Below are positions 1 to 9,152 of a DNA stretch of 32,000 nt, one piece after another. Source of the DNA: Promethearchaeum syntrophicum (GTDB lineage Archaea > Asgardarchaeota > Lokiarchaeia > Sigyniarchaeales > Promethearchaeaceae); assembly GCF_008000775.2 (NCBI RefSeq), contig NZ_CP042905.2:1230001-1262000 (forward strand). The letters run 5' to 3'. Made by a program: the position numbers and the translations under genes. Below the pieces are notes generated by a model, which ran no database searches, had not been told where the DNA came from, and saw only the letters and a program-made list of their open reading frames with translations. The number at the start of each line of letters is the position of its first letter. The stretch's first letter is position 1.

Positions 1-1129
1 TGGGTTTAATCAGAGAAGGTACAATCAATTTAGCTTTTATTCCTTCTTCCTCTTCATATTCATATTCTTCAGAATGCGTACCATGAATACTCTTTAAATT
101 TGATTTTGATTTTTCTTTTGGTTGATCTTCCATTATGTGGGACACTATACGGATTTCGCCCTCAAATCTCTCGATTAAGGCAGTAGTTATCTCCTCTTTA
201 TTTTCAGTTGGAATAAATGCCTTAAGTCTAATAATATCTCCCCTATATGTTTCTCTAAATTGTTTTTCAAGAAGATCATATTTTTTAAAACTCTGTAATA
301 ATTCCATATATCCTCGAAATTTTGGGGCTTTATTTTTTTCTGAATCAATTAAAATCTTATTTTTTTCAATTCTTTCATTGCGAAATTTAATGACTTCATC
401 TAATAAGATTAAATTTAAGCCAGATTCATTAAAATATACCTCAAAGTTTGTTATTTCAGTTGCGTTATGGCAAATTTCTGATATTTTTTGATGATAAGAA
501 TGATGAAATATTGTAAAGAAAAAGGTGAAATTATCATCAAATTCTTTGAATTCGATTACTAGTGGTATTTCCTCATACTCTAAATTAACTTCCATATCAG
601 TAAATTCCCCAGGTGTCGAATAAAATACTCTAAATTCCAACTGATTAAACCAATCTAAAGAAACACTTGTTGTATCGTACTCCGATAACCATATTAGGAT
701 CTCTCTTAAGATCTCATCGTTTCTGATCTCTTCTTGAGTTACTTCAATATCTTTTATAAAACCTTTTAAATGTCGAATTTCAGGTGCAATTTGTTCATGT
801 AATTGATTTATTCCATCAACCATTGATGAAATTACCATTTTATGTCTTAATTCTTTCTTAGGTTTTTCAATTTTCTCTGGTTCTAATTGGAAATGCTGGA
901 AATAAAATATAATGTTATCTTCAATTTCACTAATTTTCTGTTTGATTTCGTCAAGAGCGGTGGATTCAGTCAAGAAATGTTCTCTTCGTAGATGATGGGG
1001 CGTCTTTTTTTCAGATTCTTCAAACAGTTTGATATGGATTTTATGTTTAGGAACTTCAATTAAAAACTGAGGTATTCTTGATTTATGAATTGAAATTTCC
1101 AGTAAACTCATTTTTTCGGGACGTAACAT
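1..1129 (-). CDS. atpI: A/V-type ATP synthase subunit I (a), N-terminal part, truncated by window edge
   Basis: Reverse translation from the CAT at 1127-1129 gives an open frame MLRPEKMSLLEISIHKSRIPQFLIEVPKHKIHIKLFEESEKKTPHHLRREHF..., directly downstream of subunit D in the ATPase operon. N-terminal cytoplasmic-domain style of subunit I. Missing from the ORF track because it runs off the window. Later part of the frame not fully checked. Confidence 0.75.
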   Translation of the reverse strand, partial: MLRPEKMSLLEISIHKSRIPQFLIEVPKHKIHIKLFEESEKKTPHHLRREHFLTESTALDEIKQKISEIEDNIIFYFQHFQLEPEKIEKPKKELRHKMVISSMVDGINQLHEQIAPEIRHLKGFIKDIEVTQEEIRNDEILREILIWLSEYDTTSVSLDWFNQLEFRVFYSTPGEFTDMEVNLEYEEIPLVIEFKEFDDNFTFFFTIFHHSYHQKISEICHNATEITNFEVYFNESGLNLILLDEVIKFRNERIEKNKILIDSEKNKAPKFRGYMELLQSFKKYDLLEKQFRETYRGDIIRLKAFIPTENKEEITTALIERFEGEIRIVSHIMEDQPKEKSKSNLKSIHGTHSEEYEYEEEEGIKAKLIVPSLIKP

Positions 1130-1149
1130 ATATTTTCACTAATTTTTTC

Positions 1150-1788
1150 TTAGTCTTTTTCAATATCCAAAAATTCTTTAATATTTTTCATTCTAATAAA
1201 TTCCTCACGTTCTTCATCATTCAAAATTTCAGTGATTGTTAGGATAGATGCAGATAAGCGTGGAATAATGATTTCGTCCAGGGCATCTATACGTCGAGTC
1301 ACTTTTTTATTTTCTTCAGCTACATGATAGAGTAGATAATCACTCTCTGCAAGTTTCATTATTATTTTCAATATTTCTCTTAACTTTTTAATTAAAATAT
1401 CGATATAAAGCGTTGTGCTGGAGTATGAATAAGTAGGAAATTTTTTTTTAGGAAGAATTAACTCAATTTTAGGGACGTCAATCCCCATAGAATGGATATA
1501 AGTAATCTCTATTTCTGGTTCTAATGTAGTTTTAGTCAAATTTGCAATTCGATTGATTTTCCTTATGCCAATCGTTTCATATGCCTTTTTAAGAAGTTTA
1601 ATATTTTCTAAAAAATGTTCTCGCATTTCTAATCTTAGATTAAAATAATCCTTCGAATATTCTCTTAGTAATTTAAGAATTTGCATTCTCTTTAAATCGA
1701 GGAGATTTTCCCCACGAAGAGAGAACTGTTTCTTTTTTTTTAGTGAGTCAAGCTCTGGCTTTGTATTTTTTAAATTCTTAAATGACAA
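1150..1788 (-). CDS. atpD: A/V-type ATP synthase subunit D
   Basis: 212 aa, coiled-coil central-stalk subunit D pattern (KLKKAYETIGIRKINRIANLTK...), adjacent to subunit B. Confidence 0.9.
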   Translation of the reverse strand: MSFKNLKNTKPELDSLKKKKQFSLRGENLLDLKRMQILKLLREYSKDYFNLRLEMREHFLENIKLLKKAYETIGIRKINRIANLTKTTLEPEIEITYIHSMGIDVPKIELILPKKKFPTYSYSSTTLYIDILIKKLREILKIIMKLAESDYLLYHVAEENKKVTRRIDALDEIIIPRLSASILTITEILNDEEREEFIRMKNIKEFLDIEKD

Positions 1789-1794
1789 CTATTG

Positions 1795-3171
1795 TTATCT
1801 CCTTTTTACAAAATATTTTTTAATAAAATCTTTCTTAATCCTAGTTAATTCTCCCATTCCTAGGGGGCTCAATATATTCCAAGCAATATTTAGTGTCTCT
1901 TCGAAAGTTCTCTCAGTTTCTCCTTGATTGGCAAAGTAGGTCTCGAATAATTCTCCAAATTTTAAATACTTTTTATCAATGAGAGTTAAACTATCTGAAC
2001 CTATAATTGATTCCAGTTCTTTGACTTGGAGAAATTTATTATATGCCGCATAAAGTTGAGATGCAATATCTCCATGATCTTCTCGAGTGCTACCTTCACC
2101 GATTGCATCCTTCATTAACCGAGACAATGAAGCAAGTGGATATATTGGTGGAAAGATACCTTTCTGATGAAATTCTCGAGAAAGCACAATTTGACCTTCT
2201 GTAATATAACCTGTTAAATCTGGAATAGGATGTGATATGTCATCATTTGGCATTGTTACAACAGGAATTTGAGTAATTGAACCTTTTTTTCCTCGAATAC
2301 GACCTGCTCGTTCGTATATTGAAGCTAGATCACTATACATATATCCGGGGAATCCTTTTCTGGCAGGAATTTCGCCTTTAATATTTGATACTTCCCGTAA
2401 TGCCTCTGCATAACTGGTCATATCACTCAAAACAATTAAAACATGCATATCATGCTTAAATGCTAAAAATTCTGCTGTGGTTAAAGCGATTTGAGGGACA
2501 ATTAATCTCTCAATTGTAGGATCTGAAGCTAAATTTATGAAAGAAATTAATCTTGTTTTTCCTCGTTCTTCAAATTTCTGTTGAAAATATAGTGCACTTT
2601 CTGCCAAAATTCCAATTCCACAAAAAATTGTAACGAAAGGTTCATTAGTACGAACTTTTGCATTATTTACAATTTGTGCAATTAATCTATTGTGCGGAAG
2701 GCCTTGCCCTGTAAAAATTGGAAGTTTTTGTCCTCGAATAAGAGTATTAAGTCCATCGAAAAGAGAAATACCCGTTTGAATAACATCTTTTGGATACGCT
2801 CGTCTTACAGGATTTATAGGTTCTCCATTAATGTTACGCATCTCTTCTGGTAATATAGGGTCTCCTCCATCTATCGGGAGCCCCATTCCGTTAAATCTAC
2901 GACCTATCATTTCTCTTGAGACACCAATTTGAAAAATATCATCAAGAAATGTTATTTCTGTTTCAGTTGTTCCAACTCCAATTCCAAAAGTTCCTTCAAT
3001 GACTTGTATTACTACAATTTCATGACTTACACTTAAAACTTGTCCTGTTCTTATCCCTTCTCTTGTTTTTATACGGACAATACTCCCATTTTTTATATTG
3101 TGATGGTCTATTGGTTTTAAATACATCAAAGGATCTTTCACAGTTGTTAGATTTTTATATATTATTGACAT
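1795..3171 (-). CDS. atpB: A/V-type ATP synthase subunit B
   Basis: 458 aa with classic regulatory-subunit motifs: [80 protein letters not shown]. Confidence 0.97.
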   Translation of the reverse strand: MSIIYKNLTTVKDPLMYLKPIDHHNIKNGSIVRIKTREGIRTGQVLSVSHEIVVIQVIEGTFGIGVGTTETEITFLDDIFQIGVSREMIGRRFNGMGLPIDGGDPILPEEMRNINGEPINPVRRAYPKDVIQTGISLFDGLNTLIRGQKLPIFTGQGLPHNRLIAQIVNNAKVRTNEPFVTIFCGIGILAESALYFQQKFEERGKTRLISFINLASDPTIERLIVPQIALTTAEFLAFKHDMHVLIVLSDMTSYAEALREVSNIKGEIPARKGFPGYMYSDLASIYERAGRIRGKKGSITQIPVVTMPNDDISHPIPDLTGYITEGQIVLSREFHQKGIFPPIYPLASLSRLMKDAIGEGSTREDHGDIASQLYAAYNKFLQVKELESIIGSDSLTLIDKKYLKFGELFETYFANQGETERTFEETLNIAWNILSPLGMGELTRIKKDFIKKYFVKRR

Positions 3172-3174
3172 TTT

Positions 3175-4959
3175 TTAGAGCAACTCCGCATATTGACGAT
3201 GAATTTGTAAAAGATCTCGGGAAAGCATCAAATCTAGCAAATCCAATTCATCTAGATTTTCATTACTAATATCTAATCTTGCTCGTCTTATTGAATTAAT
3301 TACTTCTAATTCTTTGAATCGAAAGAATGGAACATTTTTTCTAATTAAACCTAAACTTTCATTGTAAAACTTGAGAAATAAGCTAATAAGCTTCATTGTT
3401 TTTTCTGGAGAAGAATACCGATCATTATCATTAAAGCCATTTTGGATAAGAAATCCTTCTTTGATTAATTCTGCTGTATATATAATAAGTTGCTGATCAG
3501 GTGGTAAATTTTCTGGACCAATTAATTTAGCGATGCTTGATAATTCACCTTCTCTTGAAAGTATAAAATTAATCGCTTTACGATATTCCTCCCATCCTTT
3601 ATGTATATTTTCTTCCCAAAATTCTGCTAAATTATCATACAAAGAATAAGAATTTATCCAATTAACCGATGGATAATGCCTGGCATAAGCTAGATTAGGA
3701 TCCAATGCCCAAAACGCTTTGACGAATCTTTTTGTATTGGTTGTAACAGGTTCCGAGAAATCACCACCGCCAGGAGAAACCGCACCAATGATTGTGATTG
3801 AACCAACTCTTCTTGGATTTCCAATAATTTCAATCAATCCCGCCCGTTCGTAAAAATTGGCTAATCTTGTTGCTAAATAGGCAGGATAACCTCCTTCGGT
3901 TGGCATTTCCTCAAGCCTTCCTGATAACTCTCTTAAAGCTTCAGCCCACCTACTTGTACTATCTGCTAAGAGTAAGACATTCTTTCCCATATCCCGGAAA
4001 TATTCGGCCATTGTTATTCCTGCAAAAATTGAAGCTTCACGTGCAGATACCGGCATATTACTTGTATTCGCAATCATAATTGTTCGTTCCATTAAGGGAC
4101 GATTATTTTCTGGATCTACTAATTTAGGAAAACTATTCAACAAATCCGCCATCTCATTGCCACGTTCACCGCAGCCAATGTAAACTATAACATCAGCGTC
4201 TGCAAATTTTGCCAAGGAATGTTGCACGACCGTTTTACCCGTACCAAACCCTCCAGGAACTGCTACAACACCTCCTCTGGCTACAGGAAATAATAAATCA
4301 AACACACGAGTTCCGGTTATTAATGGTCTGTCTGGCATTAATCTTTTATGATAAGGACGGGGGATACGGATCGGCCATTTGGAAAGAATTATTTGATCAT
4401 AATTTTTATTTTCATTTTTTATACTATAAATTTTCTCAATTATATTGAAATCTCCTTCAGAGATTTCTGTAATCGTACCAGTTAAACCTTGAGGGACCAT
4501 GATTTCATGATAAAGAGAATATTCTTGTACATATCCTACAATATCTCCTTCTTGTACAGTTTCACCAATTTTAACTGTTGGTACAAAATGCCATTTTTTT
4601 TCCCGATCAAGAGCATTAACTTTCATTCCACGTGAAATGAAATCTCCAGTAATATCTGCTATGTAATCTAAAGGACGCTGTATCCCATCATATATTGAAT
4701 TAAGTAAACCCGGACCCAATTCCATTGAAAGAGGATATTGAAGATTGGTTACAATTGCATTTAATTTTAACCCTAGGGTTTCTTCATAACATTGAATTAC
4801 GGCAATATTATCTATTATTTTAATAATTTCTCCTATAATATTTAATTCTTCACTTACATTAACCATGTCTCCGACAGATTGATGAGAAAAACCTTTCACT
4901 TTGATAACAGAACCATTTATTGAACTAACATTGCCTATTATTTTATGATTTTCACTCAA
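3175..4959 (-). CDS. atpA: A/V-type ATP synthase catalytic subunit A
   Basis: 594 aa with P-loop GGFGTGKT, GERGNEM, LADSTSRWAEALRE and PSVNWINSYS. No intein insertion. Confidence 0.98.
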   Translation of the reverse strand: MSENHKIIGNVSSINGSVIKVKGFSHQSVGDMVNVSEELNIIGEIIKIIDNIAVIQCYEETLGLKLNAIVTNLQYPLSMELGPGLLNSIYDGIQRPLDYIADITGDFISRGMKVNALDREKKWHFVPTVKIGETVQEGDIVGYVQEYSLYHEIMVPQGLTGTITEISEGDFNIIEKIYSIKNENKNYDQIILSKWPIRIPRPYHKRLMPDRPLITGTRVFDLLFPVARGGVVAVPGGFGTGKTVVQHSLAKFADADVIVYIGCGERGNEMADLLNSFPKLVDPENNRPLMERTIMIANTSNMPVSAREASIFAGITMAEYFRDMGKNVLLLADSTSRWAEALRELSGRLEEMPTEGGYPAYLATRLANFYERAGLIEIIGNPRRVGSITIIGAVSPGGGDFSEPVTTNTKRFVKAFWALDPNLAYARHYPSVNWINSYSLYDNLAEFWEENIHKGWEEYRKAINFILSREGELSSIAKLIGPENLPPDQQLIIYTAELIKEGFLIQNGFNDNDRYSSPEKTMKLISLFLKFYNESLGLIRKNVPFFRFKELEVINSIRRARLDISNENLDELDLLDLMLSRDLLQIHRQYAELL

Positions 4960-5635
4960 TATCTTTTACCTCGGGATGTTTTTGATGAAAAATTTCTGTT
5001 GCATTTTTAACATTTACTTCAAATATCGGAAAAATTTTCATAAATTCAATTGAAATCTCTTGTTTGTGTTTCATTATGAGAGATTCAAACGTGTAATCGA
5101 TACATAAAGTGTTATGTCTATCAATAATTTTAAACCCAAACAAAGTTTCGATGGGATTATCACTTAATTTAAGTATATCTCGCTTTTCGGGTAGTAATTT
5201 ATAAATTGAATTTTTTTTAAGATATTTAAGATCTTTAGAATTTATATAGATATTTGATGCAATGTTCACTAATGGGAGTAATTCGATTATTTTCCTTTTT
5301 AAAAATGAAAAATATTTATCTGGATCTTTTTCAATTCTTCTAATTATCTCTTTTTGTAAAAGTTCAATAAAATTATCAACACATTCTGTCTTTTTCTGGG
5401 AAATCTTTTGATTTATTTTTGAAATGCGTTTACTTTCTTCAATATTTAACTTAGTTTGGGTTTTTTTTATTAATTTCTTTTCGAGTTTAAGAAGATCTCT
5501 CTCAGTCTTGTCAAGGGTTGTTTCCTTAATATAACTAATAGAAGATTCTTTCCTTTTTTGAAGAACTTCAATTTCTTTGTTTATTATCCTTGCCAAATCA
5601 TAAGCAACATCTTTAAAATCTTCACGTAATGACAT
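4952..5635 (-). CDS. atpE: A/V-type ATP synthase subunit E (peripheral stalk)
   Basis: 227 aa, long charged N-terminal helix followed by alpha/beta C-terminal domain. Located just upstream of atpA with an 8-bp overlap. Confidence 0.8.
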   Translation of the reverse strand: MSLREDFKDVAYDLARIINKEIEVLQKRKESSISYIKETTLDKTERDLLKLEKKLIKKTQTKLNIEESKRISKINQKISQKKTECVDNFIELLQKEIIRRIEKDPDKYFSFLKRKIIELLPLVNIASNIYINSKDLKYLKKNSIYKLLPEKRDILKLSDNPIETLFGFKIIDRHNTLCIDYTFESLIMKHKQEISIEFMKIFPIFEVNVKNATEIFHQKHPEVKDIE

Positions 5636-5659
5636 TTTTATTTCTCCATCGAATTATAT

Positions 5660-5962
5660 TTAAATTAAACCAATATATTTTTGAATAAATTGTTGAAAGT
5701 AATTGAAATCAAGGGTTCCTTTAATATCTGGAACTTCTATAATAATTGGGGATTTTTGTTTTTTCAAACTTGTAAAAAATCCCTTAAATCGTATTAAAAA
5801 TTTTTCGCTTATTATTATTAAACCAATATCTTTATCTCTTAATATTTCGTTAAATTGTTCCTTTAATTCATCCTCATCTTCAGTAGTTATTTCGAACCCT
5901 GTAATCCCTATCAAACTAAACATTAAATTTAGATGCTCGTCACCAACTGAAACAATTTTCAT
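5660..5962 (-). CDS. atpF: A/V-type ATP synthase subunit F
   Basis: 100 aa with subunit F pattern: KIVSVGDEHLNLMFSLIGITG...DIGLIIISEKFL...PIIIEVPDIKG. Confidence 0.88.
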   Translation of the reverse strand: MKIVSVGDEHLNLMFSLIGITGFEITTEDEDELKEQFNEILRDKDIGLIIISEKFLIRFKGFFTSLKKQKSPIIIEVPDIKGTLDFNYFQQFIQKYIGLI

Positions 5963-5992
5963 TTTTTTTCCCCATTATTTATTAACTAAAAA

Positions 5993-6517
5993 TCAAAAAG
6001 TAATACCTAAAATTTCCAATCCTCTTTGAATTAATGATTTTGATTTAATTTTGTAAATCATATCTATTTCGCTTAAATTCATATGCTCTTGTGAAGATAA
6101 CATTTCTAAATTTTTTGTCATTTCTTCAGTTAATTCTGTTTTATAAAAATTAATTTCTTTATACTTGTTTTCTAGAGCCTTTTTATATTTTAAGCCATAT
6201 TTCTCTTTGTATTCTTCTATTTCGTTTTTAATATCGTCTTTTTCTTTTTCTATCGAATGTTTATAACGCTCTTCGATTGTTCTAACTTCCAAAAAAATTT
6301 TTTTAGGATTATTTGAAAAAGTTCTATTTCGTAAATGCTCACACTGTTCGGGGGTAATATCCTTACAAGATAGTTCTTCATCGGTATAATTACAACTTTC
6401 TTTATCTTTTTTTTTGTCATTTACTAGATTACCAACCTTTCCGATCATTTCTTTTTTCTTGTTTTTCTTATTTTTTTTCGATTTTACCATTTTTTCCCCT
6501 CGATTTCTTTTTTTCAT
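5993..6517 (-). CDS. Unassigned Lys-rich, predicted coiled-coil protein inside the ATPase operon; candidate H/G-like peripheral-stalk subunit
   Basis: 174 aa open frame between atpC and atpF with 1-30 bp spacing. Very basic N-terminus and long charged helical segment (EERYKHSIEKEKDDIKNEIEEYKEKYGLKYKKALENKYKE). Alternative start at MVKSKKNKK (6490). Confidence 0.8.
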   Translation of the reverse strand: MKKRNRGEKMVKSKKNKKNKKKEMIGKVGNLVNDKKKDKESCNYTDEELSCKDITPEQCEHLRNRTFSNNPKKIFLEVRTIEERYKHSIEKEKDDIKNEIEEYKEKYGLKYKKALENKYKEINFYKTELTEEMTKNLEMLSSQEHMNLSEIDMIYKIKSKSLIQRGLEILGITF

Positions 6518-6518
6518 T

Positions 6519-7550
6519 TTATAATATACTTAGTTTGACTACTTGCGCGCGAATATCTTTAATTTCCATTTCCTTGAGTAATATTATTTGGAATATTAAT
6601 GCAAGAGACGATATTTGAATATCTGAAATTATTCCTTCCTTGAAATACATTAGAAACTGATTCAAAAAATAAGTTGAAAGCTTAACCCAAATTTCCGGAT
6701 CCGGTTTTTCTAATAATTCTGACAAAAAGTCATATTCTTTTTCAGACTTTAAAAAATTCGCTAAATAAGATAAAAATTCCTCTAAAGACCTACTACTGCA
6801 TAATTGATTAATCTGGGATGTACTAAATAGATAACTCTGATAAATTATATAAGGTTTTATTGACTCGACAGGAATTCCATTATATAATGTACGATAAATT
6901 AGATTTAGATTATAATAATCTATTTGAGTGTTAATATAAGGCGCAATTAATTTCTTTTCACGATGAGGGAGATAATCAATCTTTTCAATCATATTAGTAA
7001 AATTAAATTTATCCAATTCATTTTCAAAGTAAAAATTTTCACCAGATTTCTCAAACTCTTGTAAACCTATTTTGATAATTTTATCATAAGGAGTATTTTT
7101 TATTGTAGTATAAATTCCCTTCATATTTTTAGCTTTAATTAAATTTGAAATAAATACATCTCTTTCCAGCAATATTCCTGGTTTAAAGTAAATCTGATCC
7201 AAAATAGTATCTAATGGTGTTTTTTCTATGATACCATAGATCGCTTGCTTTATATTCCATATTTCATAACGAACTAAAAGAGATTTCAAAAAAATTTGGA
7301 TTGATTCAGGAGATGCGACAATGATTTTTTCAATAATATCAAAATAAATATTCCATAAAGAACGTTCAAATTCTATAAGATTATGTTCTTTTGGGGAAAA
7401 ATTAGGGAAAAATCGTTTGGTGAAGGTGCCTAAAGCATCTAAATTATCAAATGTTTTAATTTTTTGAGTATCTTCAGGTGTCATTAAAAGAGATTTTAAT
7501 AAAGCAAGCTTGACATACACAAACGAATATTCATCCACCGCAACCCGCAT
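6519..7550 (-). CDS. atpC: A/V-type ATP synthase subunit C (d)
   Basis: 343 aa alpha-helical V-ATPase subunit C/d pattern (FSYVKLALLKSLLMTPED, repeated helical segments, SFLANFLKSEKEY...), operon position after K. Confidence 0.82.
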   Translation of the reverse strand: MRVAVDEYSFVYVKLALLKSLLMTPEDTQKIKTFDNLDALGTFTKRFFPNFSPKEHNLIEFERSLWNIYFDIIEKIIVASPESIQIFLKSLLVRYEIWNIKQAIYGIIEKTPLDTILDQIYFKPGILLERDVFISNLIKAKNMKGIYTTIKNTPYDKIIKIGLQEFEKSGENFYFENELDKFNFTNMIEKIDYLPHREKKLIAPYINTQIDYYNLNLIYRTLYNGIPVESIKPYIIYQSYLFSTSQINQLCSSRSLEEFLSYLANFLKSEKEYDFLSELLEKPDPEIWVKLSTYFLNQFLMYFKEGIISDIQISSLALIFQIILLKEMEIKDIRAQVVKLSIL

Positions 7551-7583
7551 ATAACTCCCGACAATTTCTTTTATATTATTCGA

Positions 7584-7928
7584 TCAAGGGATCTTTGTCC
7601 AAAGCAAGATACCTATGATAAGCCCGTATACGGCAAGTGCTTCACCTAAGGCAACTACTAAGAAGGCTTTGAAAAACGCTTCCGGTCTTTCTGCCAAAAC
7701 TGATATTGCAGCTGTTCCAGTTGTTTTTATTGCAATTGCAGCACCTAATACTGATGCACCAATAGAAACTGCGGAACTAATTGCGAGTATTGAAGCAACA
7801 TCAACACCACTGGTTTCTTGAGTAGGTAATGCCAATGCAGTAATCGTTTTGACTGAAGAAATAACAGTTAAGATTAACACAACCTGCCAGCTGAACAATA
7901 AAATGTAAAATTTTGTTTTACCACGCAT
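7584..7928 (-). CDS. atpK: A/V-type ATP synthase subunit K (c-ring proteolipid)
   Basis: 114 aa: Gly/Ala-rich hairpin VDVASILAISSAVSIGASVLGAAIAIKTTGTAAISVLAERPEAFFKAFLVVALGEALAVYGLIIGILL with membrane Glu, preceded by a hydrophobic signal-like segment. Confidence 0.92.
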   Translation of the reverse strand: MRGKTKFYILLFSWQVVLILTVISSVKTITALALPTQETSGVDVASILAISSAVSIGASVLGAAIAIKTTGTAAISVLAERPEAFFKAFLVVALGEALAVYGLIIGILLWTKIP

Positions 7929-7950
7929 TTTAACACACTTTCATAGTGAT

Positions 7951-7960
7951 TTTATATAAC
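7951..7960 (-). promoter_or_regulatory. Candidate TATA box of the ATPase operon (GTTATATAAA on minus strand)
   Basis: Minus strand reads ...AGTGTTATATAAAATCACTATGAAAGTGTGTTAAA-ATG. Box centre is ~27 nt upstream of the atpK start codon, the usual archaeal TATA-to-TSS distance. Confidence 0.5.
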
Positions 7961-8116
7961 ACTATTATAAGTAATTAGGACATAATCCCGTAATAATCTT
8001 TCCAAATTCAGATTTAATGAGGACGGTAATGTCTCTTTGAATACTTGTAGGAAGAAGGAAGAAAGAAAAATGATAATTGGAAATTTCAATTTTTATACAG
8101 TTCAAAGTAAGGTGAT

Positions 8117-8369
8117 TTAACCACCTGCACTTAGAAATTTTGATCTAAAATCACCTACCAATTCTGATAATTTCTCAGAATTTGCTCGAAAAAGAATGGA
8201 TACTTTAGATAATCTTATGGATCCAAATTTTGAAGTACATTCTTCAATAATCTCAATTTCCCACTCATCTCCAAAGAATTTATTCGCGTTTAAAGAATAG
8301 TTACCTACGGATTTGAAATATTCTTCAATTTTTTCGAGGAATTCCGCTTATAATTGTATATTCATCCAT
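8117..8369 (-). pseudogene. Frame-disrupted small ORF (hypothetical protein or sequencing indel)
   Basis: ATG at 8369 opens MDEYTII... but hits a stop after 14 codons. One base out of frame, 8347-8117 reads AEFLEKIEEYFKSVGNYSLNANKFFGDEWEIEIIEECTSKFGSIRLSKVSILFRANSENLSELVGDFRSKFLSAGG* with no start codon. Confidence 0.45.
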
Positions 8370-8416
8370 GAAATCAACTAGCAGAGAATAAAGATCAATA
8401 AAAATACAAAAAAAAA

Positions 8417-9058
8417 TTAATGTGTCGCAAGTATTATTCGAACTGAATCCCCTACTGAAGCACATGAGTCGCAAGCTTCTTCAATATGTTTTGCAACACT
8501 CAAATATTGCATAATAATTCGAAGTGGAATGTCTGCCCTATTATATAAATGACCATGGAGATCTCGATAAATATTATCCACATTATCTTCAATCTCATCC
8601 AATTTATTACAGAAACTTGCAGCTGAATGCATATCATCTCCCAATTTTCTCATGAGATCATGTAATGTGTCTCCCATCTGAATAAAAACTTCAACCAGCT
8701 GTTGAAATTTGGGGATCATCTCATCTTCTGGTCTGGGACTATATCGAATGTTTCCCAATCTAACAGTAGATCCTGCTTGATTTGCTTGTACATCATTCAT
8801 CTTCATAACTAAACGGAAAAAATCTGATCTATAGATTGAAACTGCTTTTGCAACGGTTTCCAAGTTTTGATGTTTATACTTTATCGATTGTGTTTCATGA
8901 TTTCTTATCTTCAAGACTGATTTTTGGAGAGTTTCATCATCTCCCTTAAAATATGCTGTAATTGCAACTCCCATTTCTTTAAAAGAACGACTAATTAGCT
9001 TACTTTGTTCTTCCAAAGTTTTAAAAACAATTTTTTCCATTCGGTCCATATTTTTCAC
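8417..9058 (-). CDS. DUF47/PhoU-like family protein
   Basis: 213 aa helical protein with PhoU/DUF47-like helical bundle layout (LGDDMHSAASFCNKLDEIEDNVDNIYRDLHGHLY...). Start possibly the internal M at residue 4 or 7. Confidence 0.75.
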   Translation of the reverse strand: MKNMDRMEKIVFKTLEEQSKLISRSFKEMGVAITAYFKGDDETLQKSVLKIRNHETQSIKYKHQNLETVAKAVSIYRSDFFRLVMKMNDVQANQAGSTVRLGNIRYSPRPEDEMIPKFQQLVEVFIQMGDTLHDLMRKLGDDMHSAASFCNKLDEIEDNVDNIYRDLHGHLYNRADIPLRIIMQYLSVAKHIEEACDSCASVGDSVRIILATH

Positions 9059-9152
9059 ATTTCTATTTTTCGTATTACAAAAAAGAATTTTTAAATTTTA
9101 TTTCCCTTCAATATCAATAGCGGCAAAAACGCCTTAAAATGTTTTGCTACCT

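Noticed and set aside
135-491. Plus-strand ORF of 118 aa
   Set aside because: Lies antisense within the open minus-strand frame of ATPase subunit I; low-complexity Ser/Ile/Phe-rich shadow ORF.
3063-4448. Plus-strand ORFs 3063-3269, 3867-4079 and 4209-4448
   Set aside because: Antisense shadows of highly conserved atpB/atpA.
5703-6029. Plus-strand ORF of 108 aa
   Set aside because: Antisense to atpF; Ser/Ile-rich translation with no domain features.
7615-7821. Plus-strand ORF of 68 aa
   Set aside because: Antisense to the c-subunit gene.
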